Positions 11,935-25,250 of a stretch of 64,000 nucleotides of DNA are shown in pieces. A program made the translations under genes and the position numbers. Under the pieces are notes generated by a model. It was not told the origin of the DNA and made no database searches. It worked only from the letters and a program-made list of their open reading frames with translations. The stretch's first letter is position 1; each line of letters opens with the position of its first letter. The stretch comes from Tubiluchus corallicola (Eukaryota > Animalia > Priapulida): assembly GCA_030141605.1 (NCBI GenBank), contig JAQGDQ010000418.1, forward strand, positions 139,575 through 203,574, in the 5' to 3' direction.

Positions 11935-12390
11935 ACCAGAAAGCAAAGAATAGGTAGAATGTACTCGCATTATCGTCCTTATTTGATGAGCAGAAAGCAA
12001 AGAATAGGTAGAATGTTCGTGCATTATTGTCATCATTTCAGCAGGAAAAAGCAAAGACTATGTAGAATGCTCGCACATTATTATCATAATTTCAACAAGA
12101 GAAAGCAAAGACTATGTAGAATGTTCGTGCATTATTGTCGTCATTTCAGCAGGAGAAAGCAAACACTAGGAAGAATGTTCGTGCATTATTTCCGTCATTT
12201 CAAGACAGAATGCTATGTAGAATGCTCGCACATTGTTACCATCAATTCAAGAGCAGAAATCAACGACTATGTAGAAGTTTCGCGCCTTATTGCCATCAGG
12301 ATGGGATGTCAAAGATTATATAGAAGTTTCATTCATTATTACAACAATTTCACGACTAGAAAGCAAAAACCATGTACCATGTTCGTGCAT
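11935..12390. repeat. ~53-55-bp minisatellite
   Basis: Repeated agaaagcaaagactatgtagaatgttcgtgcattatt... Confidence 0.85.
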
Positions 12391-12844
12391 GGTTCGTCAG
12401 TGGGCGCATTTTGTCTTAACGTTTTTCATTTCACGCAGTTTCAACAATTGTGACGTCACAATAAAGCAGAAAAATTGCAAAAAACTGTTGAATCAATGAC
12501 GAAAATGTATGTCTCACTCCAAAGAAAAGTGCATTTATCATCACGGTTTTGCGAAACTTACGAGTTCTCTTTGCAGTTTTCCTCTTTTTGACAAAACGCC
12601 AGATTATCCATTTTCTCTAAAAGTGAAGCCCAGAAGCACCCAATGAGCCTTTTACTCGCTTCTCTTTCCAAAAAGCGGTTCATTTTCCTATAAATTAAAC
12701 TCAGAGAGCTATAGTTAGGCTTCGGGCTGTGAGTTCTGATTCTATTGACAGCCAATCGCTGGAGGAGTTTGAATGAAAGATAAAGTCATAACATTAGTAA
12801 GATAGTCACTGGTCAGTTTTAATATCACTCTACTAACAACCAAC

Positions 12845-13050
12845 TTAATAGTTTAACTAAAAAACATGTTAATAGTTTAACTAAAAAACCATTTTAATAG
12901 TTTAACTAAAAAATAAGTTAATCGTTTAACTAAAAGATCATGTTAATTGTTTAACTAAATAACCAAGTAAACAGTTTAACTAAAAAGCAAGTTAATAGTT
13001 TAACTAAAAAACTAAGTTAATCGTTTAATTAATAGTTTTACTAAAAAACC
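12845..13050. repeat. ~24-bp minisatellite
   Basis: Repeated gttaatagtttaactaaaaaac. Confidence 0.8.
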
Positions 13051-13054
13051 CTTT

Positions 13055-15440
13055 ACACATTCACATTACAACACCCCAATACACACAACAACACCCCAAT
13101 TCACATTACAACACTTCAATTCACATTACAACACTCCAATTCACATTTCAACACTCCAATTCATGTAACAACACTCTAATTCACATTAAAACACTCCAAT
13201 TCAGATTACAACACTTCAATTCACATTACTACACTCCAATTCACATTACAACACTCCAATTCACATTTCAACACTCCAATTCACGTTTCAACACTCCAAT
13301 TCACATTACAACACTCGAATTCACGTTTCAATACTTCAATTCACATTACAACACTTCACTTCACATTAGAACACTCCAATTCACATTTCGACACTTCAAT
13401 TTACATTACAACACTTCAATTCATATTACAACACCTCAATTCACATTACAACACTTCAATTCAGATTACAACACTCCAATTCACATTACAAAACCCCAAT
13501 CCACATTACAACACTTCAATTCACATTACAACACTCCAATCCACATTTCAACACTCCTGTTCATGTAACAACACCCCAATCCACATTTCAACACTCCAAT
13601 TCACATTAAAACACTCCAATTCACATTTCAACACCCCAATCCACATTTCAACACTCCAATTCACATTACAATACTCCAATTCACATTACAACTCTCCAAT
13701 CCACATTTCAACACCCCAATCCACATTTCAACACTCCAATCCACATTTCAACACTCCAATCCACATTTCAACACTCCTGTTCATGTAACAACACCCCAAT
13801 CCACATTTCAACACCCCAATCCACATTTAAACACTCCAATCCACATTTCAACACTCCAATCCACATTTCAACACTCCTGTTCATGTAACAACACCCCAAT
13901 CCACATTTCAACACTCCAATTCACATTACAATACTCCAATTCACATTACAACACTTCAATTCATATTACAACACCTCAATTCACATTACAACACTTCAAT
14001 TCAGATTACAACACTCCAATTCACATTACAACACCCCAATCCACATTACAACACTTCAATTCACATTACAACACTCGAATTCACATTTCAACACTCCAAT
14101 CCACATTTCAACACTCCTGTTCATGTAACAACACCCCAATCCACATTTCAACACTCCAATTCACATTAAAACACTCCAATTCACATTTCAACACCCCAAT
14201 CCACATTTCAACACTCCAATTCACATTACAATACTCCAATTCACATTACAACTCTCCAATCCACATTTCAACACCCCAATCCACATTTCAACACTCCAAT
14301 CCACATTTCAACACTCCAATCCACATTTCAACACTCCTGTTCATGTAACAACACCCCAATCCACATTTCAACACCCCAATCCACATTTAAACACTCCAAT
14401 CCACATTTCAACACTCCAATCCACATTTCAACACTCCTGTTCATGTAACAACACCCCAATCCACATTTCAACACTCCAATTCACATTACAATACTCCAAT
14501 TCACATTACAACACTCCAATCCACATTTCAACACCACAATCCACATTTCAACACTCCAATCCACATTTCAACAGTCCAATCCACATTTCAACACTCCTGT
14601 TCATGTAACAACACCCCAATCCACATTTCAACACCCAATCCACATTTCAACACTCCAATCCACATTTCAACAGTCCAATCCACATTTCAACACTCCTGTT
14701 CATGCAACAACACCCCAATCCACATTTCAACACTCCAATTCACATTACAATACTCCAATTCACATTACAATACTCCAATTCACATTACAACACTCCAATC
14801 CACATTTCAACACCCCAATCCACATTTCAACACTCCAATCCACATTTCAACACTCCAATTCACATTTCAACACTCCTGTTCATGTAACAACACCCCAATC
14901 CACATTTCAACACTCCTGTTCATGTAACAACACTCCAATCCACATTTCAACACTCCTGTTCATGTAACAACACCCCAATCCACATTTCAACACTCCAATT
15001 CACATTACAACACTCCAATTCACATTACAACACTCGAATTCACGTTTCAACACTTCAATTCACATTACAACACTTCAATTTACATTACAACACTTCAATT
15101 CATATTACAACACTCTAATCCACATTTCAACACTCCAATCCACATTTCAACACTTCAATTCACATTACAACACTCCAATTCACATTACAACACTACAATC
15201 CACATTACAACACTTCAATTATTCACATTACAACACTCCAATTCACATTACAACACTCCAATTCACATTTCGACACTACAATCCACATTACAACACTTCA
15301 ATTCACATTACAACACTCCAATTCACATTACAACACTCCAATTCACATTACAACACTCCAATCCACATTTCAACACTCCAATTCACATTACAACACTCCA
15401 ATCCACATTTCAACACTCCTGTTCATGTAACAACACCCTA
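13055..15440. repeat. 20-bp minisatellite array (~120 units)
   Basis: (ACACTCCAATTCACATTACA)n with variant units such as ACACTCCTGTTCATGTAACA. Confidence 0.97.
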
Positions 15441-15989
15441 ATTACTACAACTACATCCCCTAATAACTGCCCATAACAACAACACATATCATATAACAAT
15501 ATCCCAGAACATCAACTCATCCAATAAAAACACTCAAGCAAAAACTCATGTTTCGCCACTGATCAGAAACACTCATCTTCAACTTTTTATTAATTGCACT
15601 GTTGACAATAGTTCTATAATTGCCATCAGAAAATTCCCGTTGCGTCTTTAACAGGGAGAAGCATTACGAATGTCGCAGGGACGCCTATTACCTCTATAAT
15701 TAATGGTTTTTATTATTGCGGAAACTTGCCTCCCGAGTCGCCGAGTGGGGCTGTAAAGAAGCCATATCAGTAAAGTGAAGAGTCATAACTGCTTGATTTA
15801 ATTGCCTTGTTTGTTTTAAGTGGTTTATTTACTAGCTGGTGGTTCTCCCCCACCTGTACCGCAAAATGATAGCAGGTTTCCATAGAGACTGACACGCGGT
15901 ATGAATGTCGCCAGGTAAATATATATTTACAGTACTGTCACTAATACCTATAATATTTCTATACTACATGCAGTTGTAAAAGGAAAAAA

Positions 15990-16318
15990 ACATTGTCGTC
16001 GTCATCATCACCATCATTATAACTATCGTCGTCGTCGTCATCATCACTATCATCATCATAATCATAATCAACATCGTCATCATCACTATCATCATCATCA
16101 TCATAATCAACATCGTCATCGTCGTCATCATCACTATCATCACTATCATCATCATCATCATAATCAACATCGTAGTCGTCGTCATGATCATCGTTATCAT
16201 CATCACCGTCATCATCATCAGGTAAAAATAGAAAAACATTGTCGTCACCATAACCATCATCATCACCATTGTTGTCGTCACCATCATCATCACTATCGTC
16301 GACATCATCATCATCATG
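15990..16318. repeat. (CAT/CGT)n simple repeat
   Basis: Direct inspection. Confidence 0.9.
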
Positions 16319-16334
16319 ATTTTACACCATTTGA

Positions 16335-16430
16335 TGTAGCTCTACGGTAGCATGCAGGCTTCCCACCCAGAAGGTCGAGGGTTCACTTCGAGACCGAGTC
16401 ATACCAAAGACCTGAAAAATGGTGCCGCTG
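16335..16430 (+). mobile_element. tRNA-derived SINE head fragment (Meta-domain-like)
   Basis: A-box-like tagctctacggtag, degenerate B-box gggttcacttcg, then gagtcataccaaagac..aaaaatggt. Confidence 0.5.
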
Positions 16431-16544
16431 ATTCCGTCTATCAAGAACAATGACTTATCGAATTAATATGAATTCAACATGGTCAATATTGCTTGCATCA
16501 TTAATATCAAATCAACCTACCAAACTCCCTGAGATTTGTATCAC

Positions 16545-17165
16545 AACAAGAACCAATATCCTATAAGAACACCCCATATCACGTAAGACCAAACCACATC
16601 ACATAAAAACACCTCATCACATAACAACACCTCATATCACATAACCACACCTCATATCACATAGCAACACCTCATATTGCATAACAACACCTCATATCAC
16701 ATAACAACACCTCATATCACATAACAACACATCATATTGCATAACAACACCTCATATCACATAACCACACCTCGTATCACATAACCACACCTCGTATCAC
16801 ATAACAACACCTCATATCACATAACAACATCCTATATGCCATAACAACAGTCTATATCCCATAACAACACTACATATCCCATAACAACATAACAATACCT
16901 CACATCACATAACAGCACCCTATATCCTATAACAACACCGCATATGCCAAAACAAGATCCCATATCCCACAACAACACCCGATATACCATTACAACACTA
17001 TATATCCCATAACAACACCTCATATTGCATAAGGACACCTCACATCACATAGCAACACCCTACATCCTATAACAACTACCCATATCCCATAAGAAAACCC
17101 CATATCCTGTAAAAACAACCCATATCCCACAGCAACACCTGACATCATATAACAATACCTCATAT
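16545..17165. repeat. 20-bp minisatellite (ATAACAACACCTCATATCAC)n
   Basis: Direct inspection; degenerates toward the 3' end. Confidence 0.9.
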
Positions 17166-17394
17166 GCAGAATCAGGCCTCATATTGAGTAACTCAATAGC
17201 CGTAGATTCAAGCTCAAGCTAAGGAAGCTGACTATTAAGATCCAGTAGACAACCTGTCAGAATCAGATGCAATGCAATTAACATAGATCACGAGCATGAA
17301 GAGGTGTTGAACTGCTGATGTCAAGGCACTTAAGCTTGTAATTATATGAGTTACGTGTCACACTAGACAGGAGAAAGTAGCTGTTGCAAAAGCA

Positions 17395-17745
17395 ACAACA
17401 TCATTGCCATCACCGGCATCATCAACATTTTCATCGTCTTCATCATTGCATCATCATCATTGTCATCATGATCATCATCATCATCATCTCTATCGTCATT
17501 ATTGCTGTCGTCATTTTCATTGTAATCAACATAGTTCTCATCATCGTCATTGCCACTGCCGCTGAACTATCACCATCGTCATCATCATCATCATCCATAT
17601 CTTTGTAACTGCAATTTTTTTTGCTTTATCTTGATCACTACAATGTGATCATCACCTTCATCACCACCACCAGCATCGTCATCATCATCATCATCATCAT
17701 CATCACCACTATCACCATTATCATCAATATAATAATCATCTCCAG
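17395..17745. repeat. (CAT)n-type simple repeat
   Basis: Direct inspection. Confidence 0.85.
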
Positions 17746-18104
17746 CAGCGTAGGTGTCACAACAGCTACAACAAGTGTCAGCAAAACAATAGACGTATGA
17801 AAACAACATCTGAAACTTATAAAACAGTGGTCTACAATGAGTATCCAGCAAATGCGAAATGTAACGTGTAGCTACATTTTACTAATGGCTTCCACACAAT
17901 TAACATTGGACACCTGCAGCAAAGCAATGATAGTGGCTTCCTCGAAAATGACGTCACAGTGAGTGTATTCATTATCATTTCTTCATTTAACGCGTCACAA
18001 ACAAGAAGCCAAGTAAACAAGTGAACGTCTGAAGCAGTCTACTTTTCTAAGTGTGAGACCACGCCGACTGAACTTTCTAATTGTCGGATTAGATACGTTA
18101 TTTT

Positions 18105-18655
18105 GTGCCTAGCGTAAATGTAAATTTAGACTCCCACGATGACCGTTAGACTCAGCCATTTTGACGATAAGTCATAAAACAAGTTTAAATAACACTGAGT
18201 AAAGTTTCGAAAAAACATAGCATTCGTACCGCACACGGTACTAACTGAGTAAAATTTTAAACTACTGTATCTTGTCAGTAAGATTAAAAATGCGTTTTTG
18301 CTTAGTGAGTGGTGCACCCTGGAGGTGAGTCAGCGACATTTTACCAAATGGTGAAAACATTTAAATAATTAATAAGTTTCTTTCCTATTTACGTAAGTCT
18401 TTCAAGCAGGTAAGCGAAATGCTAAGTAATATAACTTTGCATGGAAAGGTTTTAGGGTCATAATTTAACATTTTCTTTTTTCCCTCATTTACGTTGCGCG
18501 TATATGACGTCATTCAATGTATTACGTGAAATTTAAAACGAAAACGAATAAAAATTCCTTTTAACGCAAGTACACGCATAAAATTGCTGTAAAGTCATTT
18601 AATTTTTAAGACATTTTTTTCTGAAACTTACTTCGGGTTCCCCTTTTCTTGTCCT
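18105..18655 (+). mobile_element. Kolobok-like non-autonomous DNA transposon, family B
   Basis: Shared core gagtgg(c/t)gcaccctggaggtgagtcagcgacattttacc; ends cttgtcct|ttaa; copies at 27.2, 39.0 and 49.4 kb. Confidence 0.65.
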
Positions 18656-19602
18656 TTAAACCTAAAGGACAAACATGTAGCCTTTTAAAAGAAATAAAGA
18701 CAAACTGAATTGAATAGCAATGAACAGAAACGGAAACGATGGAATGGGTGGATGGATGGACAAACAAATAACCAAGTAATAATTTAGAAGATTGGTAAGT
18801 AGATTGGTGATTGAGTCGACGATTGCACGTGTAGACAGAGAAACGAACAAAGTAGTAAAAAGGAAAAGAACAAAAAAGAAGAATCGAGTAAAACTAAGAG
18901 ATTAGCAAGAAACGAGAGAAGCGATTGGTTTGTCTCTACAATCTCTTTCTGCGCATGCGCCACCCCTGCCTATGTCGCAGAAGTTGCTGCCATTCTGACT
19001 GAAACCACTGCTCTTCGACTCATTTTTCATTTTTCCGCAAGCGATGATCCGTGACGCGTTGCGACGCCTCGGGCGTCAAATCTTCGCACCGCCAAGGCGT
19101 CAGAGCAACGGTGGCGTCTGATTTTGACACGTGCGTCTAATTGCTGGCCTTTTATCAAATCTGGCGGCACCTTTGACTGACAAGAATCAAATAACCCGAA
19201 CTGTGAGTTCGAACTTGTGTTTTTGATTAAAGGCCTTGTCCAGCGTTGGATTTACACGACTTTTGAAGCCATATTGTGTGAAATCGAGTCCAGCGAAGCC
19301 AGATTTTGATCTTGCGCTACTAACCCGAATCCCGGACGCTGCATTTCTGGAAAATCGCGCGACGGAGTTGAAACAAACAAAGATTGTAGGATGTAAACAT
19401 GCGTTTGGACTTGCAGGAGTGAACAGCCGTGAGTAGCTTTAAAGCAATTTGAAAATTTTAGGACACGCATACATAGGAAACTTAGGAATTTATAGTTAAA
19501 AACAGACAAATTTATTAATCATTACTTATTTGGCCTCTGTTAACTGTTTAATTATTGCATAATAGGCTCTGCCTATGTAAACTGGTTGTATGTTTGTAAA
19601 TA

Positions 19603-19644
19603 GACCACTGATGATGACAGCAGCAGTCTGTCGAAACGTTTGGC
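19603..19644 (+). ncRNA. Minimal type I hammerhead ribozyme (Penelope-like element type)
   Basis: cca CTGATGA t GACAG cagcagt CTGTC GAAA CG TT tgg: conserved core, 5-bp stem II, palindromic AACGTT stem III, short stem I; downstream AATAAA at ~19675. Confidence 0.7.
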
Positions 19645-21001
19645 ATGATTTTAACTTTTTAATGTAAAAGTTTTAATAAAATTGTTCTGTTTGTAACTAC
19701 AAATGTTTTTAAGTGCCTGTAATGAAATATAACTTAGTAATGTTATGCTTATGCCTGCTGGCACAAAAACGAAGCAAAGGTTTGATCATAACAATGTAAG
19801 AAAGAATAACGAAAACGCGTGAAAATACCACCTTGATGTTGCAAACGTTTGTTTAAAGCAAAAAGTCAAACGTTGTTACGGCGATATTGTTACGTCAATA
19901 TTGTTACGGCAATATTGTTACTTCAATATTGTTACGGCGATATTGTTACAGCAAATTCACAGCAAGTGTCCACCATTTTCACTGCAATGTTGACGATGGC
20001 GTTTCTTGACTTCCTCCAACAGCTGAGTCAGTTTTCTTGCTTTTTGTCACAAAACTCGCCTTTGACTCGTCTGTACATGTGTACAAACAATGTATATAAG
20101 TATGTCTACAATGTATAGAAATTTGTGAAATTTGTATGTGTGCGCGTGCGCGTGTGTTGTAATAAATCTATTTTCAGTAGCAATATTTCGTTTAGTTACA
20201 CAATAATTATGTTTTACTTGTTTAGAACGACGCTATTACCAACTAACAGTCTAGTCATTGTAAAATGACTCCTTGATATGCTGCCATATTGTTTATCTCC
20301 GTGAACATTATCTATTCAAATGCTTGACAACTGCACGTATTTATAAGAGGCAATAAGGAATTTATCTATCTATTAATATCTCACTTTGTTGAATAATAAT
20401 AATCAAAAACAATCAATAATAATCTTTTTTAATATCTTGCAACACATGCACAGTTATAATACAATTAATTTGGAAAAAAATGTGTGAAGAAAGGGCAGCG
20501 AAAGACCAATTGGTCATCTAGTCAGCTGTCCTTTGGTTAGCGATGAACGTTTTTATAAGCGCTATGCAACAGTGTATTAGTGTTAGTACTGCTTACAATA
20601 AAGATTTAATTGTTACGAATGACATTAAATTGATATGCTTATAACGTGTTAATACAATTCATACACAGTAATGTAATATTAGTAATTACAAATAAAAACG
20701 TTGCCTATGAAACCATCTGTGCTGATCCAGCAGTCAGCTGTTGCACGTGCATTATACCGGATTACAAACAATTATAGCAGTGATTACACGCTCCAGTAAC
20801 TTAGCCAGGATTCTACAGCAAATCTATGACGCGAGCGTAATAACAGCAGCAGCCGAATCAGTGGCTTATTTCGTGCTTCGTAGTAACACTTGAATGAATC
20901 TGTGGCTTACTCTGGTCGTTGAGTCAATGTGACTCGTGTGTTGAATGAGATGACGTTGCAGTTACTATTAGGCATATAAAGTAAACGACTAATTACTTGT
21001 G

Positions 21002-21527
21002 TGTTGGCATCCTTCTGTCTCGGAAGACAATGGAGTGTGCGCCAAGAGTCAGTTATTGATCACATTGATGGAGCTGCAGCGTCAACTGTGGCTGAGCAAT
21101 CCGATCCTTGAACCACTGGAATAGGCTCTTCAAGGCGCACACCTTGGCAAGGTGTATGGAGATACTGAGTTGCCCAGACAACATGAACCCCCTCTCTTCC
21201 TCCCTGGTGTAGTCCAAAGGAAAGCGGAGCGTTTCGTTTGGCACCAGGTTGGCTGCAGAAGCTGCCGGAGTCAGTGAGCATGCTGTACTGGTCCGACTTC
21301 GGGGCTCCACTCCAGATTTGGAAGGAATACTCCTCTGCACGTGGCAGTTGGGTCACTTGACCGCCTCCCCCCTTTAGCCGTTGGCTGCTTGTGCAGCTCC
21401 TCCGCCTAGTGTCGAGATACAGTGTGGGCATCCTGTAAGCCTACAGCACCTGGTATTCGTAGGCGGTCACCCATCCAAGTACTGGCTCTACGTTAATTAA
21501 CTTCGGTGTTCGGACGAGAACATGGCC
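21002..21527 (-). mobile_element. 5S rRNA-derived SINE with RTE tail, copy 2 (near full length)
   Basis: 21437-21527 is the reverse complement of most of an invertebrate 5S rRNA (GTTCTCGTCCGAACACCGAAGTTAA...GTACTTGGATGGGTGACCGCCT...GCTGTAGGCTT); tail encodes SRIGLLSHS*RCS. Confidence 0.85.
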
Positions 21528-21537
21528 TAATTATTAA

Positions 21538-22164
21538 AGGAGAAAAAACATGATTTTTAAATCATGTCCCGTCAAACTTTCCATACAAAGTTATATTACT
21601 TAGCATTGCCGTTACCAATTGAAAGACTTACGCAACAAGAAGAGAAGATTCTTAATCATTTAAAACGTTCTTACCAGCTGATAAAACGTCACTGGCTCAC
21701 CTTCCCAGTGTGCATCATAGATTCACAAAAAACATTAAAGTTTTGCTTAGTTAACGAAGAGTGTGCTACAAAAACTCAGACTATTTTTCAAAGTTCACGC
21801 AATGTTATCTAAGCTTATTTCAAATTACTTACCGTTAAAATGGCTGCGTCTAACGGACATCGCTGGAGTTTAAATTTACAAGTTTTATGCAGCGTTACTG
21901 CTAAGAGCAATCCTGTATGCAATAAGGAACCGTTTGAAAGAATTGTGTAACTGAAAGCGAAAATTCTAAGTAGTTTTAAATGTTTGCACCAACCGGTAGA
22001 AAACATCACTGTTGCATTATCCCAGTGTGCATCAGAAACGCCGCTGGCTCACAAAAACGTATTATTAATCCTATTGTCAAGAAAACATAATTTTTACTTA
22101 AAAGTGATACGAAGTTTTAAAGCGATTTTTTAAAATTATATTAGTGAATAATGTTTCTTATCCT
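21538..22164 (-). mobile_element. Kolobok-like MITE related to family B, both ends intact
   Basis: TTAA|AGGAGAAAAAACA...TGTTTCTTATCCT|TTAA: imperfect TIRs and TTAA on both sides; interior matches the reverse complement of 38980-39370. Confidence 0.7.
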
Positions 22165-22246
22165 TTAACAAATTTAAAGTCAGTTTACATGATTTTTTTT
22201 GTTGTTCTTGTTCGGTTCTGTGGACTGTAAATGTCTGAAATAAAAT

Positions 22247-22492
<246 letters not shown>

Positions 22493-22577
22493 AACTTCAA
22501 AATAAATTTAATTGTCTACTTCTTGTACAGCAATGGTAATCATGTTTAATTGCAGGAAAGCAATTGTAAAATAGAAA

Positions 22578-22622
22578 GTCCAGTGGGAGTCGAACCAACG
22601 ACCTTCCGCTTCCCGAGCAGCT
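22578..22622 (-). mobile_element. tRNA-like fragment (B-box), probably a SINE head relic
   Basis: Minus strand ggaaggtcgttGGTTCGACTCCcactggac; no complete cloverleaf. Confidence 0.4.
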
Positions 22623-23028
22623 TTTCGAAATTGCAAATTCACTAACAATCAACTATGAATTTGACACGCGCGGCGCCTGTTGGCAGAAATTTGAAAATCT
22701 GAAAGCAAACGCTAACGTGCTGTACTTGTTCAACAAACGTGTGACGTCGGTAACCAAGTTTGCAAAAACTTGGTTACTTTTCCTTTGAGGGGCGAAAAGT
22801 CCTACAATTTTGGAAAGCAAGGGTTAAATAAGTCGACTGGTAATTGCTTTACAAATGCTTTCTAATGCCACTGGCAAATTTTCTTTGCGAAATTTACTCG
22901 TTTTTCCTTAGAACTGATAGCCTCCCTAATCCCACTTAATAGTGCCTCATCTAATGCATAAACAAAAGCAGCTACTTAGCATAAATTAGCATAAATTTCA
23001 ATCTTCGCGTACGTTAATTAGTTGCGTC

Positions 23029-23152
23029 GTTTTAGTGACGCAACGAGATGACGTCAGACGTTTTAGTGACGCAATGAGATGACGTCAGACGTTTTAGTGA
23101 CGCAATGAAATGACGTCAGACGTTTTAGTGACGCAATGAGATGACGTCACAC
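23029..23152. repeat. 4 x 31-bp tandem repeat, each unit with TGACGCAA and TGACGTCA
   Basis: GTTTTAGTGACGCAATGAGATGACGTCAGAC x4. Confidence 0.9.
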
Positions 23153-23507
23153 GCTGATTGCGGGAGATTATAGACTTAATGTGAAAGCTTTCAGTGGCGA
23201 TTAATGAAAAGTTCTTAAACTGTGTAATTCAGGAGCCTTTTCACGCTGAAGAGGGTCACTGAAGAGGATTATTAGGCAAGCAGCTCGTCTGATTATTGTG
23301 CGCGAGGTTTTAATTTACGTTTTATTTTGGTAAATTGAATTTTTCAATTCTTTGAAATAGACATATTTAAAGCCATTGCAAATTGGAGGGTTCTGGGTTC
23401 GATGCCAGTTATCAATTTCCTAGAAGTTTTGTTGATTCCCGTGAGTGATTGGTTATTGATTTTTCGTAGCTGGTCTATGCTTGTGATTGTGTACGCCACC
23501 TGACTTT

Positions 23508-24194
23508 AACTCTCTACTCTTTAAAATATTGAAAGGAAATGTTCCTATTTTTTTTTCAAAAATGACTTACGCGAAAGAATTATTACCACACAAACACAAT
23601 TTCACGTTCGCGCCACTAGTTCTTCGCTGTTACATCTTAGTTCAGATGTGTTGGTTTGTGACGAACTACTCACGTTTGACAGCTAATGTATGAGCACAGC
23701 AGTAAATTTGAAATTTCAATTTTATTCTTAAGACTTGCTTAGTTTTAGTACAACACACTGAATATCTTACAGTAGCACTGTACTTCAATTTTCACTTCAG
23801 CAAACACGTGCAACACGCTCGCGGAATATTTTTGCCGTTGAAAGATATGTTAGTTTGTGATGTTGAACTCGCATGCTGTTAATTAAGTTTTTAATTTATT
23901 ATTTAATTATCAGAAACATTTTACCAGTATTTTTGCTTACACTTTTGCCGTACTTGAAACTAGGATAATGTATGGAAAATTATCCCGTGTTCCTTCAAAG
24001 GCGAAAAAGGGAATTTTAATGTAAATACCAAAGAACTTGCCACACGGAGTTCTATTACGTATCATTATGCTTGCCTGTTTTTAATCTATCATTTAGTTAT
24101 CAGAAATGCCTTTGCAGCATTAATTGTGTTTTAATGCATACTTTTTATCGTATTTGAAAATGGGGCAGTTTATGAAAAATCATCCTGTCTTCCT
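23508..24194 (+). mobile_element. Kolobok-like family A copy with a duplicated 3' portion
   Basis: Homology to the reverse complement of 3060-3694; ends catcctgtcttcct|ttaa. Confidence 0.6.
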
Positions 24195-24689
24195 TTAAGT
24201 CGACATGCTTTATAAACTTCACTCTGTTTTCTTACAAAATTTATATAACTGGCTTGTTAATATTTTACCTTTTGTGCAAGAACAGCACGTAAATGTTTAT
24301 TTCGCCAAATAAGGTCATTTTTGATTAGTGTTTCTTACGATTACGTACATCATTGCTGTAATTTCATCCACTTAGCGTTGGCAACATGTTATTGGGATTT
24401 ATGAAAATTGCATGTAATTTGCAGCCACTCTTCAGTACGCTTGGGGCAATGCATGATGGGAAGGCAGGAAAGATTGCAGTGTATTGTGGGATAGCTAGAA
24501 TCGTTATCGTACAGCAGAGATTTTGATTAATAAGAAAACGTTTAGAGATTATGTTTATTTTATTGAATTTTATTCATTAATAAATTAACTAATTTGTAAC
24601 AGTGCTTTATTAATTAGTAATTAATTTTAGTGTGATTAGAACAAATGTGCGAATGAATCAATGAACTGAAAGAATAAATGTTCAAAATG

Positions 24690-25250
24690 AAGGAAGAAAA
24701 TAAATGAGAAGCAGAAGAAAAAAGAGAGAAGAAATTGACTCAAGAAAGAAAAGGAGAAGAAAGGAAAGAAGGAAGTAAGGAAGAAAGAACAAAAGAAAGA
24801 AATAAAGCAAGAAACAAGGAAGAGAAAGGAAGGAAGGAAGAAAAGAGGGATAGAAGGAAGGAAGGAACAACAAAAGAAAGAAAATAAATCAAGAAAGAAG
24901 GAAGAAAGTGAAGAATGAAGGAAGGAAGAACAAAAGGAAAGAAGAAAGGAAGAAATGAAGGAAGGAGGAAGGAAAGAAAGAACGATGGAAGGAAACGACG
25001 CAGGAAGGAATGAAAAACGAAGGGAAAACGAAAGAATGAGTAAAAGAAAAAAGAGCAAAAGAAGGAAGGAAGGAAGAAAAAGAAGAATACGTTGATAGAA
25101 AAAGGAAAAAAACGAAAATGAGAAAATAAGCCAAACCAGAAAATAAGCCAAAACGAAAAAGCTTAAAGATAAAAAAACATGAACTAAAGAGCTGGAGAAG
25201 TAAAATAATGAAAAGCAAGAAAAAAGAAGGATGAATCAACGAATGAACGA
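24690..25250. repeat. Purine-rich (GAAG/GAAA) low-complexity tract
   Basis: Direct inspection. Confidence 0.85.

Noticed and set aside
11899-12453. 184-aa ORF
   Set aside because: Generated by a minisatellite; no protein family features
12556-12755. Minus-strand candidate first exon ending at gtaagt (MDNLAFCQKEENCKENS)
   Set aside because: No partner exon or homology recognised
13055-15440. CRISPR-like array
   Set aside because: Head-to-tail repeats without unique spacers; eukaryotic context; no cas genes
23245-23290. CTGAAGAG motifs as hammerhead cores (also CTGATGA at ~38255 and ~45537)
   Set aside because: No stem II followed by GAAA
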